Assembly: GCF_009914755.1 (NCBI RefSeq)
Contig: NC_060931.1
Strand: one strand, 5' to 3'
DNA length: 64,000 nucleotides
DNA from: the human T2T-CHM13v2.0 reference genome, Homo sapiens
Position 1 is the stretch's first letter; each line of letters starts with the position of its first letter. The notes under the pieces are model-generated. The model worked only from the letters and a program-made list of their open reading frames with translations. It made no database searches and was not told the origin of the DNA. Shown one piece after another: positions 1 through 11,031 of the stretch. Position numbers and translations under genes: made by a program.

Positions 1-49
1 GAATTCTGTGCTATGAGACTCTGGTCACGAATCATGGAACTTCTGCTTT

Positions 50-1966
50 CTGAGAGCTTGTGTGGATTGTTTATTCTTCCAAGGACTGTTAACCAGTGAG
101 AAGATAGTTAAGACAGGCTGGGGCAGACAGTGTTTAATCTGCTTCAGAGACACAAACTGCAGCTCCATCCCACCAGCATCTGCCAACACAAGGCAGAGAG
201 ATTAGTGTGTGGACGTGGCACAAACAAAGAAAGGGATGCACAGGGATTGGTTTAGGAGGGAGAAGCCACAGGATGAGCCTTTCCTCTAGGGGACCTGGGA
301 GAGGGTCGAGCAACAGGAGTGGAGGGTCTTGCCTCTCATTCAACATCAAGAGTCCTGCATACCTCCTGGGATCCCTTTCTCAGAACTTAAGGACTTAAGA
401 GAGAAGGTGTGGTATGTTGAGCCAGACATTAACTTTGTCTAGGAGAACAGCATGGGTTTTTAGCAGCATGGAAGGGTGGCACTTGCGATCAGTTTAGCTG
501 CTTAAGCCAGTATCCTGAGCTGAGAAAGGCCTGAGGAGCAGAGTTCTGGGCACAGTACAGGAAAACCCCTCTCAGTGCCTAGAGAGTACCTGGAGCAGGG
601 TAGGTGCTAAATAAATTTTTACTGAACTGAATTCTTGCTGAGCTACTAAAGGAGAGGTGAACAGCTGCTTCTAAGGGCTGATACTATGCTCCAGAAAGCA
701 GAGGAATGTGTCACATGTCTGGTCTTTTGGACTCACAGCAGACCTCACATTCTATAGCACTGAGGGGCTCCTGCTGCTGGGACAGAGACATGAGCTCAGG
801 ATCAGCTCTCCCAGGGACCCAGAACGCAGCCCATCTTCACCAGCCATAGCACCTTCAGATAAAAAAGGCCAACACATATGTCCACAAGTCCTCTTTTTCT
901 CTGTCACTTTCACTTCCCAGACATTTCGAGGTACTGCTATTGACCTTCGCTTCTATATTGGGAAAATGGGGCTAGTGGGTTTTTTTTTTCCATGCCCATC
1001 AGGACCCTTCCAAGGCCATTTCAAAGTAATTCGCAGGTAAGGTACCCACAAGAATCTCTTATCTGTTGCCTCTTTTCCTTTGGAACTCAGTTCATAATTT
1101 ACATTTGTGCCAGCCTCTTTCCCATCCAAGTTTCTAATTTTTTGTTTTTTGACATAGAAAGCTGGTAAGTGAGCTGGATTAGAACAGGAGTCCATGTACA
1201 ATCCACACTTTGTGCCTTTGTCCTTGTTCTCTTGCCTGCCTTTGACCTTCCTCTCTGGCCTGTTCAGTCACAGGAAGGAAGAGAGAGGCAGCTATCTGCA
1301 AGAGCAAAAATGCCTCTTACAAAAGCATACCCAACGGCTGTCCTTTTTTCCAAGACCAGTTCTGACAGCTAAGAAGGCTGACACCCAGCTGGCATCCTCT
1401 GGTACCTTTGTCCTGTCACCTCCTGCCACACCAAGCCTCTGGCACAGTATTGGTTACCAACTTCTGTCAGGCCTGCACCATCTTCTGCCCAACCCACAGT
1501 GGGTGGCATCCAGCATGTTCAGGGTTGATACAGATTGGTTCAGGGCCATAATTTTGTGGACTTTTTTTTTCATGAATGCAGAATTTATAGGTGATAGAAG
1601 CACCACTATGTTTCTATCCTCCTCCTCTTTGACTTCCTCCTGTGACTTTTGGTGAACAAGGTCCTCATCCACCTACAGACCCCTTTCATCTCCAGGAGGA
1701 AGGGCTGTGTGCCTCCTGCCCTTCGTCTCCACTCTGGCTGTAGAAAGTGCTAATCCTGAGACAGCAAGTCTGCACAGTTTGGCCCAAAGCTTCCTGGCCG
1801 CACCCACATACCAGGGCAGTGCCAGCTTGCTCCCTTCTAAGGCAGCATCTATTGTTTCCGTACAGTGGGCAGGGTTGGCCATTCGGTGCAAGGCCACCTG
1901 AGTGGAAAACGCCTCTTCAAAACAGGGTGGCTTCAAAACAGTTGACTACACTTTGTTCTTTGGCCC
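50..1966 (-). ncRNA. candidate terminal exon of the host transcript, downstream of the miRNAs
   Basis: Acceptor cctctcatttactctctctctcctcttcag|G at 1967. Minus-strand AATAAA at 70-75. The 3' end is inferred. Confidence 0.45.
921..1036 (+). ncRNA. candidate 116-nt plus-strand lncRNA exon (antisense to the miR-29 host)
   Basis: ctctttttctctgtcactttcacttcccag|A ... CGCAG|gtaagg. An alternative donor CTG|gtaagt sits at 1164/1165. Confidence 0.5.
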
Positions 1967-2260
1967 CTGAAGAGGAGAGAGAGAGTAAATGAGAGGTGTG
2001 GAGCTTCGCTAGAAGCAGACTATGGGAATTTAAAATCGATGCCAAAAATCCTTCCGTCAGCTTATTAACAAAACACAATTTCTATGGGGTTCCAAGCTCC
2101 ATTCTTGGAAAAAAATCAAAGCCCACTGCAATGGGTGGCCATTATACCCAGAAGGAATGGAGGAGAGGAAACACTAGAGCTTCTTCCCATCCTCACTGAC
2201 CAAGGAAAGCTGTTCTTCCTTCTGATGCCTCTGTTTTAACAGCTGTAGAATGGAGGTAAA

Positions 2261-2465
2261 TACTAAAAATACAAAAAACTAGCTGGGCATGGTGGTGCAC
2301 ACCTGTAGTCCCACCCACTTGGGAGGCTGTGGTGAGAGGATCACCTGAGCCTGGGAAGTCGAGGCTGGAGTGAGCTGTGATCACACCACTGCACTCCAGC
2401 CTGGGCGATGGGAGTGAGGTGAGACCCTGTCAAAAAAAAAAAAAAAAAAGAAAAAGAAAAAAAAA
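2261..2465 (+). mobile_element. Alu right monomer (AluJ/FRAM-like)
   Basis: Runs from the tactaaaaatacaaaa linker to the poly(A). Confidence 0.9.
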
Positions 2466-2728
2466 GGTATATTAAATGAAAAAGACCTCTATTATGGCAC
2501 AAACTCAGGAAATTTAAAGGACACAAAGGATAAACAGAATCTCCTCAAAACTTCCAGAGCAAAAGGGCCAGAAATCAGCATTGTATCAGACCTCTTCACA
2601 GCACTGGGGGCTAGAAAACCAAAATCTGAGCCAGTCAGGAATTCCATAACCAGTGAAATGATCAATAAAATATGGGCAAAATGAAAAACCTAAAAAAAAA
2701 TGACCTTTGTCAGGAAACTGCTGAAGGA

Positions 2729-2823
2729 TGTGTGCGTGTGCGCGCGCGCGCACACACACACACTGACTGTGTGTGCGCACACACACTGACTGTGTGTGCG
2801 CACACACACACTGACTGTGTGTG
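2729..2823. repeat. compound (TG)/(CG)/(CA) palindromic microsatellite
   Basis: tgtgtgcgtgtg(cg)5(ca)n followed by repeated units of ctgac-tgtgtgtgcgcacacaca. Confidence 0.9.
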
Positions 2824-3361
2824 GGGTCTGAAAATGCTGAGGGGAATGTTACAGTTCTGTAAGGTTTAGGAATTAAGTATATCATGAATTAAATTTAAAA
2901 TGATGAAATTATTCATCTCAGAGTTTATAAGAAGTTTTAAAAGGAAATCTAAAACTATGTAGTTATGATATCAACAGTATCTATATAATTATCAATACCA
3001 TTCTTGAGTTAACCGAAAACTGTGTTCTAACTAAATTGTGAAGGCGAATGGAGTAATATGTGTACAGGTGGCAGTGGAGTTAAAGCTAAATTCTCATTTC
3101 CCATAGTAGAAAAATTAAAAAAATTAAAAAAATAAAGTCAAAATGAAGACATAGAGGTATGAGCATTTTAAAATGGAAGTAACAGTCTATAGAATCTCTT
3201 ATCAGAAGAAACAGATAAATGATTTGAAAGCAGCTGCCTGCGAGAGAAAACAGTAGGACAGAGAACAGCTGTTTGTTTGCTCTGGGACTCAGTGCCCTCT
3301 TACTTGTTTATGGATATATATTACACTGACAGAAATAAAAGTTTAAATTTAAAGAACGAGA

Positions 3362-3858
3362 CAACTCAAATGCCAGTACGAACCTGTGAGTGGATAAACA
3401 AAATGTTGTCTATCCAAATAATGGAATATTATTCAGTCATAAAAAGGAATGAAGTACTGATACACACTACAACGTGGATGAATCTTGAAAACATCATGCT
3501 AAGTGAAAGAAGCCAGTCAGAAAAGGCTGCGTACCTTTTATCATGCATCATCCCTGTTGTATGTATGTATCATGTATCATACCTATTGTATGATTCCGTT
3601 TACATGAAATGTCCAGACTATGTAAGTCTGTAGAAAGCAGATTTTGCCAGGAGCTGGGAGGAGGAATGAATGAAGAATGTCTACTTAATGGGTACAGGTT
3701 TCTTCTTGGGGTGATTAAAATGTTGTGGAGTTAGAGAGTGGTGATGGTCACACAACACTGTGAACATACTAAGGCCACTGAATTGTATGCTTTAAAATGG
3801 TTAAAATGGTAAAAACGGTAAGTTTTATGTTATGTGAATTTTTAACCTCAATAATAAA
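3362..3858 (+). mobile_element. old L1 (L1MB-like) ORF2 end and 3'UTR
   Basis: tggataaacaaaatg...aatggaatattattcagtcataaaaaggaatgaagtactgatac...ttttatgttatgtgaatttt. Confidence 0.8.
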
Positions 3859-4664
3859 GGAAGGAACACTGTATAGTGGATTTTGTATGGCTAGTACACA
3901 GATTCTATTGTAGTTTCAGTTAAGTAAGAGTTGTTTACAAAGTCTCTGCGCTATACATTCTGCTTTAGTTAACACGAAAGAGTGAATAAATGTATGCCTT
4001 TGATGATTTATTATTTCCATAGTATCTGAGGAGCCGTCATCATTCTGAATAGCCAAGATTTTAGGCACAACAGACAGAAATGAATTATAAACTAACCTCA
4101 AAATAGAATATCTTATCATTTATAATACAGAAATTATTCATGCTGCAGTTCTTTAGTAAACAGCTTGCTTTCTTGTCGTCTGACACTTTCAAAAATGGAG
4201 AAGAAGAGAAAACTTGAATTCAGAGTTCTGGGTAGTAATGTCTTGTGAATGAGCTTACACTATGTTTCGCTTCACTTTTTTCCAATTAGATTTCAGTTCT
4301 CTCTCCTTTGGCACCCCCTCATTCTGCAACATATTTTATTGCCTATTTTTTTTATTAGTCAACTATTGAAACAGGTGAATTGGCTACAAAGAAGAGCTTA
4401 GTCACTCAGAGTCAACTAAGCAGCAAACACTGGCCACCAAGACTTGGACTCTTGTGAATCAGCTTCAGATTTGTTCTTGTTGTTGTTGTTGTTGTTGTTT
4501 AAATATTTGTTTGGGTTTTTTTGTTAGGTCACCAAGAAGAGTTTTAAAACCCTGTCTCACTAAAGGGCTTTTTAAGATCTATACAAAGCTAATTTTTTCT
4601 CATAAGTATGTGTTAGTTTCTCATAATGATTTTTCTCATTTCTATATCATATTAAAAAAATTCA

Positions 4665-5010
<346 letters not shown>

Positions 5011-5470
5011 CTAGGCAGTACCACTTATTCTTTTCCTGAGGATGTTGGTTTTATATGGATTGTCTTTAAGCATCACTTGGAAACGCTACAAATAATGCAG
5101 CTAAATGTTTAAGCAATTAGGAAATAGGAATTTTTAAATACAGAATTTTGCACTGCAGAGTGTTTACAAGTATTAAAAGATTGTATTACACAACTGTTGT
5201 TAAATTCTAGTAAGATAAATTGATACTAAAGAAAACAAACCCAGAAAGATCAAGTGACTTGGATCACACAACACAGGAATTAAGAAGGAAATTAGTATTC
5301 TTTGTTGAATATTTTCCATTTGAATAGTTACAGGAAAATTATTTGCATATTTTACAAATTAATGTGTATTGACATCATAGTGGAAAATAACCATTTGTAA
5401 ATCTGGAGCAGTATTTGATATACTTACTAATAACTTAAAATATATATATTATATAATATATATATGTTTT

Positions 5471-5630
5471 AATTAGCCATGTGTGGTGGTACATGCTGTG
5501 AACCCAGCTACTTGGGAAGCTGAGGTAGTAAGATCCCTTGAGCCAGGAGTTCAAGGCTGCAGTGAGCTATGATCACCACTGCACTCTAGCCTGGGTGACA
5601 GAGTGAGACGCCGTCTCAAAAAACCCAAAA
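5471..5630 (+). mobile_element. Alu monomer (AluJ/FRAM-like)
   Basis: ttagccatgtgtggtggt...gcactctagcctgggtgacagagtgagac. Confidence 0.85.
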
Positions 5631-5815
5631 CCATCGTTTTATGAGATATGAACAATAGAGGAAACTAGGAGAGAAATATAAAGGAACTCTCTATACTATC
5701 TTTGCCTTTTTTCTGTAAATCTAAAATTATCCCCCCCAAAAAAGTTTATCTAAAAAGTTAGGAAAGTTAGATACTAAAGGCAGAATGTTTGAGGCTAGAT
5801 AAGGATACTATGAGC

Positions 5816-6441
5816 TGTATTAGCTATCTATTGCTGCATAAGTAACCCCAAAAGTTAGTGGCATAAAACAATAAATTTATTATGTCATAGTTTCTGCAGG
5901 TCAGGATCCTGGGCATGGCTTAACTGGGTCTTCTGGCTCAGGGTCACTCACTCATAGGCTGCCATCAAGGTTTTGGCTGGCGCAGTGGTCACCTGCAAGC
6001 TCGTTGAGAGAGGACCCACGAAGGCCACTCGTGACTCTCAGCAGGCCTCAGGTCCTGGCGAGGTATTGGCTGAAGACATCAGTTCCTTGTGGAATGTGGG
6101 CCTCTCCATTGGGCAGTTCCCAGTATGGTAGCTGGCTTTCCAGAGTATGTGTACGAGAGAGAGAAGAGAGAGATAAGAGAGAGGAGAGAAGGGAGAGAAG
6201 AGAGAAAAGAGGAGAGGGAGAGAGAGAGAGCATGTCGTGAGGGTGCAAGCCTGAGGAAGAAGACAACAGAATCACAGTCTATTTGTAACCTAGTCTCAGA
6301 AGTGACATCTATCACTTTTGACATATTCCATCCATTAGAAGCAAATTACTAGGTCCAGTCCACACTCCAGGGGAGGGAATAGCACAGGGCATGAATGCCA
6401 GTAGGTGGGGATCAAGGGGACCACAGATGAGGCTGCCCAGC
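5816..6441 (-). mobile_element. MLT1-family MaLR LTR with an internal GA-rich tract (6155-6230)
   Basis: tgtattagctatctattgctgcataag...ccccaaaagttagtggcataaaacaa is a typical MLT1 end. Confidence 0.75.
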
Positions 6442-6482
6442 AAGTGAACACACCCATTTACGCCATCTCCCACACTGAAATG

Positions 6483-6900
6483 AGCAGTGCTGATTTAAGA
6501 GCACAGGCTCTGGAATCACAGAGATCTGGGTTTGTGCTCCTGCTTGGAAATGTCAGTTAGACGATCTTGGATTATTTAATTCTTTTGTTTCTTCATGGCA
6601 AAATGGGAATGATGATAATAACACTGACCTCAAAGGGCTGTTTTGAAAGTCAGACTAAATGAGCTAATTCATGCAAAATACTTACCAAGTATCTAACACA
6701 AAATAAGAGCTCAATGATGATGATAAGCTGCTATTATCATCATCATCACCACCGCCACCGCCACCTGATTTGTAATTCAAACTCTCATGTTGACTAGCCG
6801 TGGCATTGCAGGCAAGTTACTTGACTTTCCTGTGCATCTGTTTCCTCGTGCATAAGCTGGGGAAATACTACCCACCCTTCAGAGCTATTGGGAGAGGAGG
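6483..6900 (+). mobile_element. MIR fragments
   Basis: agagcacaggctctggaatca...aaaatgggaatgatgataataac and ggcaagttacttgactttcctgtgcatctgtttcctc. Confidence 0.65.
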
Positions 6901-7898
6901 GTGGTGATCACGTGCTTGGCCCTTGGTCGCTGTAAATGATTACTTTTAATGGGGGTTCAGTCTGCTTTGCATAAATTTACTGCCCTTTTTGGTTAAGGCA
7001 CATCTGTTTTTCTGTCTTTGTTTGCTCTTCTATGAAATGAGGACAACAATCCTTAATTATTTTGCTTTTCATGGCTCTCTAGCCTATTAAACAATTCCTG
7101 TTTATGCATTTAGAAGGAAAAAAAAAACCACATGGGTAATCCATAATGGAAGATACATCAAAATCATATTTATGGTCTCAGAAATGTTCTTTGAAGCAGG
7201 GTTATTTTCTTCCATCTTATTTTGGTCATCATTGGAAGTAGTTTTTATTCCTCATGCACATGGCAGATGAAAATGGAGAGAAACTATGAAAAGTAGAGGC
7301 TGCAGCCTAGAAGGAAGATTTGCCACAGACACCTACACAAAGGATAGCTCACGTGGAATGTAAGAATGGAGTGTACACAGTATGTCTTGTTCTTGTCTAC
7401 CGTCCCTCCTAGGAGCAAGGATTTTCCAGCCTTGCAGAGAAGCCTAGTAGGTAATCAATCATGAGAATATAACATGCGAAGTGCCATCAGGCTCTGAAGG
7501 GGTACAGAGAAGAAAGCCTTTGCCCAGGGATCTAAGCCTTGATGCAGAAGGCAGAGGAAGGCTTCCTAGACAAGTTTACACCTGAGCCAGGGGCTGCAGG
7601 TTGGAGGTCCCTAGCTTACAGTCCCTAGGGGCTGGAGGTCCCTAGCTGACGAGGAGGAGGAGAGGGGAGATGTGGGCAGAGGAAATAGCACAGACACAGG
7701 CTAAGAAATGCCAAGATACCTGAGTGTTCTCAGCAGCAAGCAGCTGGGTGAGCACAGAACACAGGCCCCAGGAAGCACAGCCAGAAGATGGTGACACAGG
7801 TAGGCATGGGGTCATGAAGGGTCTGGTACCTGGTTGACACACTTATAAGAGTTCAGCTAAAAGTGAGGGACAAGGAGCAAGGTCATGTGGTTAAACAA

Positions 7899-8079
7899 TT
7901 TTTATTTTTATTTTTTAAAGAGATGGGATCTTGGTCTGTCGTCCAGGCTGGAGTGCAGTGATGCAATCATGGCTCATTGCAGCCTCAACCTCTTGGGCTC
8001 AAGCAACCTCCTGCCCCAGCCTCCTGAGTAGCTGGGATTACAGGCACCAGCCACCGTGCCCAGCTCACGTATGTATTTT
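7899..8079 (-). mobile_element. Alu right arm (AluJ/FRAM-like)
   Basis: T-tail followed by ccaggctggagtgcagtg...gtagctgggattacaggc. Confidence 0.85.
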
Positions 8080-8334
8080 ACAAAGATTAACTGGTGGCTA
8101 TAACAAAGCTAGACTAATGGCGAGGGGTGGGCCCAGAAAGCTGTCTAGGAAGAGCAGAGAAAGGGATGGATCCTAAAGAGAGAATTGAGAGAGAACAGCA
8201 ACAAGTTGTGCTGAGTATGGATGTGGGTAAGGGAGAGGGAAGAGGTCACAGACCTCTGGTGTTCGCAGCTTTCACCATGGGGCAGAGCAGGGAGAGCTGG
8301 CTTTGGGGAGAAGGCAATGTGGATGGCTTTGGTA

Positions 8335-8458
8335 TATGCCTAGTGTTCCATTATTGGAATGCTAAGCATGTGGGAGTTGTCTCCTACTGCTCAAGGTCAT
8401 TGCCAAGGTCTGATGGCAAAAATTCAAAAAATTGCAACCTCAAGCATAAATGGATTAA
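8335..8458 (+). mobile_element. MER85 (piggyBac/PGBD3-derived MITE), 5' TIR eroded
   Basis: tatgcctagtgttccattattggaatgctaagcatgtgggag...aaattgcaacctcaagcataaatgga followed by a TTAA target site. Confidence 0.85.
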
Positions 8459-9072
8459 ATTGAGACAAGTTTAGAAGAGCAGGCTGAACTATTATACTTA
8501 GGAGCTACTAAAAATATAAAAAGCAAGATGTCTCAAAAAATATCCCAGGCCAGACCTCTGGTTTGAGGGAAATCAACACATAGGGATGTATTTGGAACCA
8601 GGGGAGTAAATAAGATTACTTAGGGAAAACAGCGAATAGGTAAGAAAGCAAAAGACAAGAGTTTTGGGAAAATAATAACCATGGGATAGAAAAAGATGTG
8701 GTGGAATGATCCTGATTCTCGTTGGATTTGTGTGGTAGACAGAATGTTTTGGCTACAAATTGCATGTGTTAGCCCCGAGGAGAAAAGGCCTTTTCCAGAC
8801 AAGTGACAGGCAGGAGGGAAAAGGAGGGAGGCAGTGTGAGAGGGCGGGAAAGCTTAAGCAGGGTAGATAGAATATTAACTCTTGATTGTGAGGCCAGTGG
8901 CTTTTCCAGGCCAGAAAGAAAACAGAAGGACAAGGCCCAAATTCCACCAGGTGCCCCTGCAGTTCTCCAGGACGCCACATGGGGACAGCAGGTGGCCGGT
9001 CTGTGCAGTACCTGTGTTGGGAGCTGCACACAGGGGCCCCTGGAGGAGGAGCGGCCGAGATGGCTCATTCTT

Positions 9073-9190
9073 GAGCCTTTTATTTTATTTTATTATTTTT
9101 ATATTTTATTATTATACTTTAAGTTCTAGCATACATGTGCTTATACCCAAAGGATTATAAATCATGCTGCTATAAAGAGCCTTTTATTTT
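9073..9190 (-). mobile_element. micro-L1 (L1PA3-5-like) with 5' inversion
   Basis: 14-bp TSD GAGCCTTTTATTTT (9073-9086 and 9177-9190). Inside are a T-rich tail plus the L1 3' end (attatactttaagttctag...) and an inverted ORF2 piece (tatacccaaaggattataaatcatgctgctataaag). Confidence 0.85.
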
Positions 9191-9255
9191 TGCCTCTTAG
9201 TGGACCTAAAAACTCAGTATTGTTTTTGGTCTAATGACTTCACTTCTAGTGAGGT

Positions 9256-9672
9256 TGTGTTAGTCCGTTTTGCGCTGCTATAAAGACATACCCGAGACTG
9301 GGTAATTTATATAGTAAAGAGGTTTATTTGGCTTACAGTTTTGCAGCCGTACAAGCATGGCACTGGTACCTGCTCGGCTCCTGATGAGGCCTCAGGATGT
9401 TTTATACATGGTGGAAGGCGGAGAGGGAGCAGACATGTCACATGGCGAGAGAGGGAGCAAGAAAGAAAGAGCAAGAGAGAGGAAGGAGGTGCCAGCTTTT
9501 TTAAACAACCGCCTCCCTCTAACTGAGCAGGAACTCGTTAAGTGAGGACATCACCAAGCCATTCACAAGGGATCCGCCCCATCACTCAACCACCCCCACC
9601 AGGCCCCACCCCCAATACTGGGGATCACACTTCAACATGAGATTGGAGGGGACAAACATCCAAACCATATCA
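9256..9672 (-). mobile_element. MaLR solo LTR (MSTA/MSTB-like)
   Basis: tgtgttagtccgttttgcgctgctataaag...gacaaacatccaaaccatatca. TG...CA ends and a near-perfect 5-bp TSD (gaggt/aaggt). Confidence 0.85.
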
Positions 9673-10238
9673 AAGGTATACTCTAGGATCCTAGTTCAAG
9701 TAGCACCTGCTTTTGTTGCTTTGCCTTCTAAACTGAACTGACACATATTAGCACAGTTCTGTCTCAGCCATAGAAACCCAGTTTCTCTGGACCATTTTTC
9801 CTTATGTAAGAAAATGACCTGTTTAACCATGGAGGGAACTCCTCAGCCAGCTAAGAGAGGAGAGTTCAGAGATAGCTGGTGCAGCTTCTCATCAACAACA
9901 GAATTGACTCCCTCGCTGCTCCTTTCCCATCATCTAAGCCAGTCATCGATTTTCCCCAGGAGTGTTTCTAGGTATCCGTCACCAAAACAAAACCCCCACC
10001 AAGTCTATGGAATTTCTGTAAAGTATAACCATTCATGATATGCTAATAGTGAACCATTTGTTAGTATTATACCACATGCAATTCAGGTCAGTGAAATTCA
10101 ACTTAGAAACTGGAAGAAGAAAAATCACCTTTGCATTATTGCTTTGCATTTGTTTTCTTAGTTCTTGTCCATGGCCCCAACGGTCACCAATACATTTCCT
10201 CTCAGCAGTCAGCATCATGGTGCTCTTCCCCAATCATT

Positions 10239-10302
10239 ATAACCGATTTCAGATGGTGCTAGAAAATTATATTGACTCTGAACACCAAAAGAAATCAGTC
10301 AT
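10239..10302 (-). ncRNA. MIR29A: pre-miR-29a hairpin (mature 3p 10240-10261; 5p 10278-10299)
   Basis: The reverse complement reads ATGACTGATTTCTTTTGGTGTTCAGAGTCAATATAATTTTCTAGCACCATCTGAAATCGGTTAT, which is hsa-mir-29a. It contains mature UAGCACCAUCUGAAAUCGGUUA. A CNNC motif (CACC) lies 18 nt 3' of the 3p end. Confidence 0.99.
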
Positions 10303-10481
10303 CCTCTAAGGGGTCACAGAAGGTCGTGAGGGTTGGGAGGGCCCAAATCTTACTAAATCCAGCATACATTGGGCTCTTTAACCCAGGCACAATGGAATGA
10401 GTCTGTACTATCTATTAAGTGCTATAGGTTTATTCCACAAAGAAGTATAAAATTCCAACAATGCGATATCCTGTACAATTA

Positions 10482-10795
10482 CATTCATCCCTTGGTATCC
10501 TTGAGGGATTGGTTCCAGAAAGCCCCTTGGATACCAAAATCCACAGATGCTCAAGTCTCTGATAGAAAATGGTGTAGTATTTGCATACAACCTACACACA
10601 TCCTCCCGTATACTTTAAATCGTCTCTAGATTACTTAGAATACTTAATGCAATGCAAATGTATGCAAATAATTGTTATGCAGTATTGTTAGAGAATAATG
10701 ACAAGAAGAAAGTCTGTTCATGTTCAATACAGACACAACTTATTTTTGGAAAACTTTCGATCACAGTTGGATCCGCCAGTGCAGAGACCTGACTG
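10482..10795. mobile_element. MER2 (TcMar-Tigger) between the two miRNA hairpins
   Basis: catcccttggtatcc...gggattggttccag...ggataccaaaatccacagatgctcaagtc...gactg matches the recalled MER2 consensus. Confidence 0.8.
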
Positions 10796-10950
10796 CCATT
10801 TGTGATATATGCCACCACTGTTGGCAGGGGTGAGGAAGGGGTCAGCTACATGTGAGGCAGGTTCTCACAGCCATCCTGCTGTTGCTTTCAAATACTTCAG
10901 AGCTGTCCCATTCACTTCTTTTGCTGTTGGTAGTGCAGCGCAGCTGGTCT

Positions 10951-11031
10951 CCCCCAAGAACACTGATTTCAAATGGTGCTAGACAATCACTATTTAAATC
11001 TAAACCACCATATGAAACCAGCTTCCTGAAG
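10951..11031 (-). ncRNA. MIR29B1: pre-miR-29b-1 hairpin (mature 3p 10959-10981; 5p 10999-11022)
   Basis: The reverse complement CTTCAGGAAGCTGGTTTCATATGGTGGTTTAGATTTAAATAGTGATTGTCTAGCACCATTTGAAATCAGTGTTCTTGGGGG is hsa-mir-29b-1. The mature strand ends in the AGUGUU nuclear-import hexamer. CNNC (CTGC) at +16. It lies 648 nt upstream of mir-29a. Confidence 0.99.

Noticed and set aside
1-6. Window begins with GAATTC
   Set aside because: An EcoRI site, probably a clone end or coincidence; not a biological feature.
3277-3633. 118-aa ORF resembling the L1 ORF2 C-terminus
   Set aside because: Remnant of an old L1MB-like element, not a gene.
8983-8997. CTCF-like GGACAGCAGGTGGCC (and weaker matches near 39565-39610)
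   Set aside because: Partial matches that could arise by chance; not supportable without ChIP data.
10033-10309. ORFs overlapping mir-29a (possible miPEP)
   Set aside because: Short. One is antisense, and the sense one starts at a non-ATG codon downstream of the hairpin; no coding evidence.
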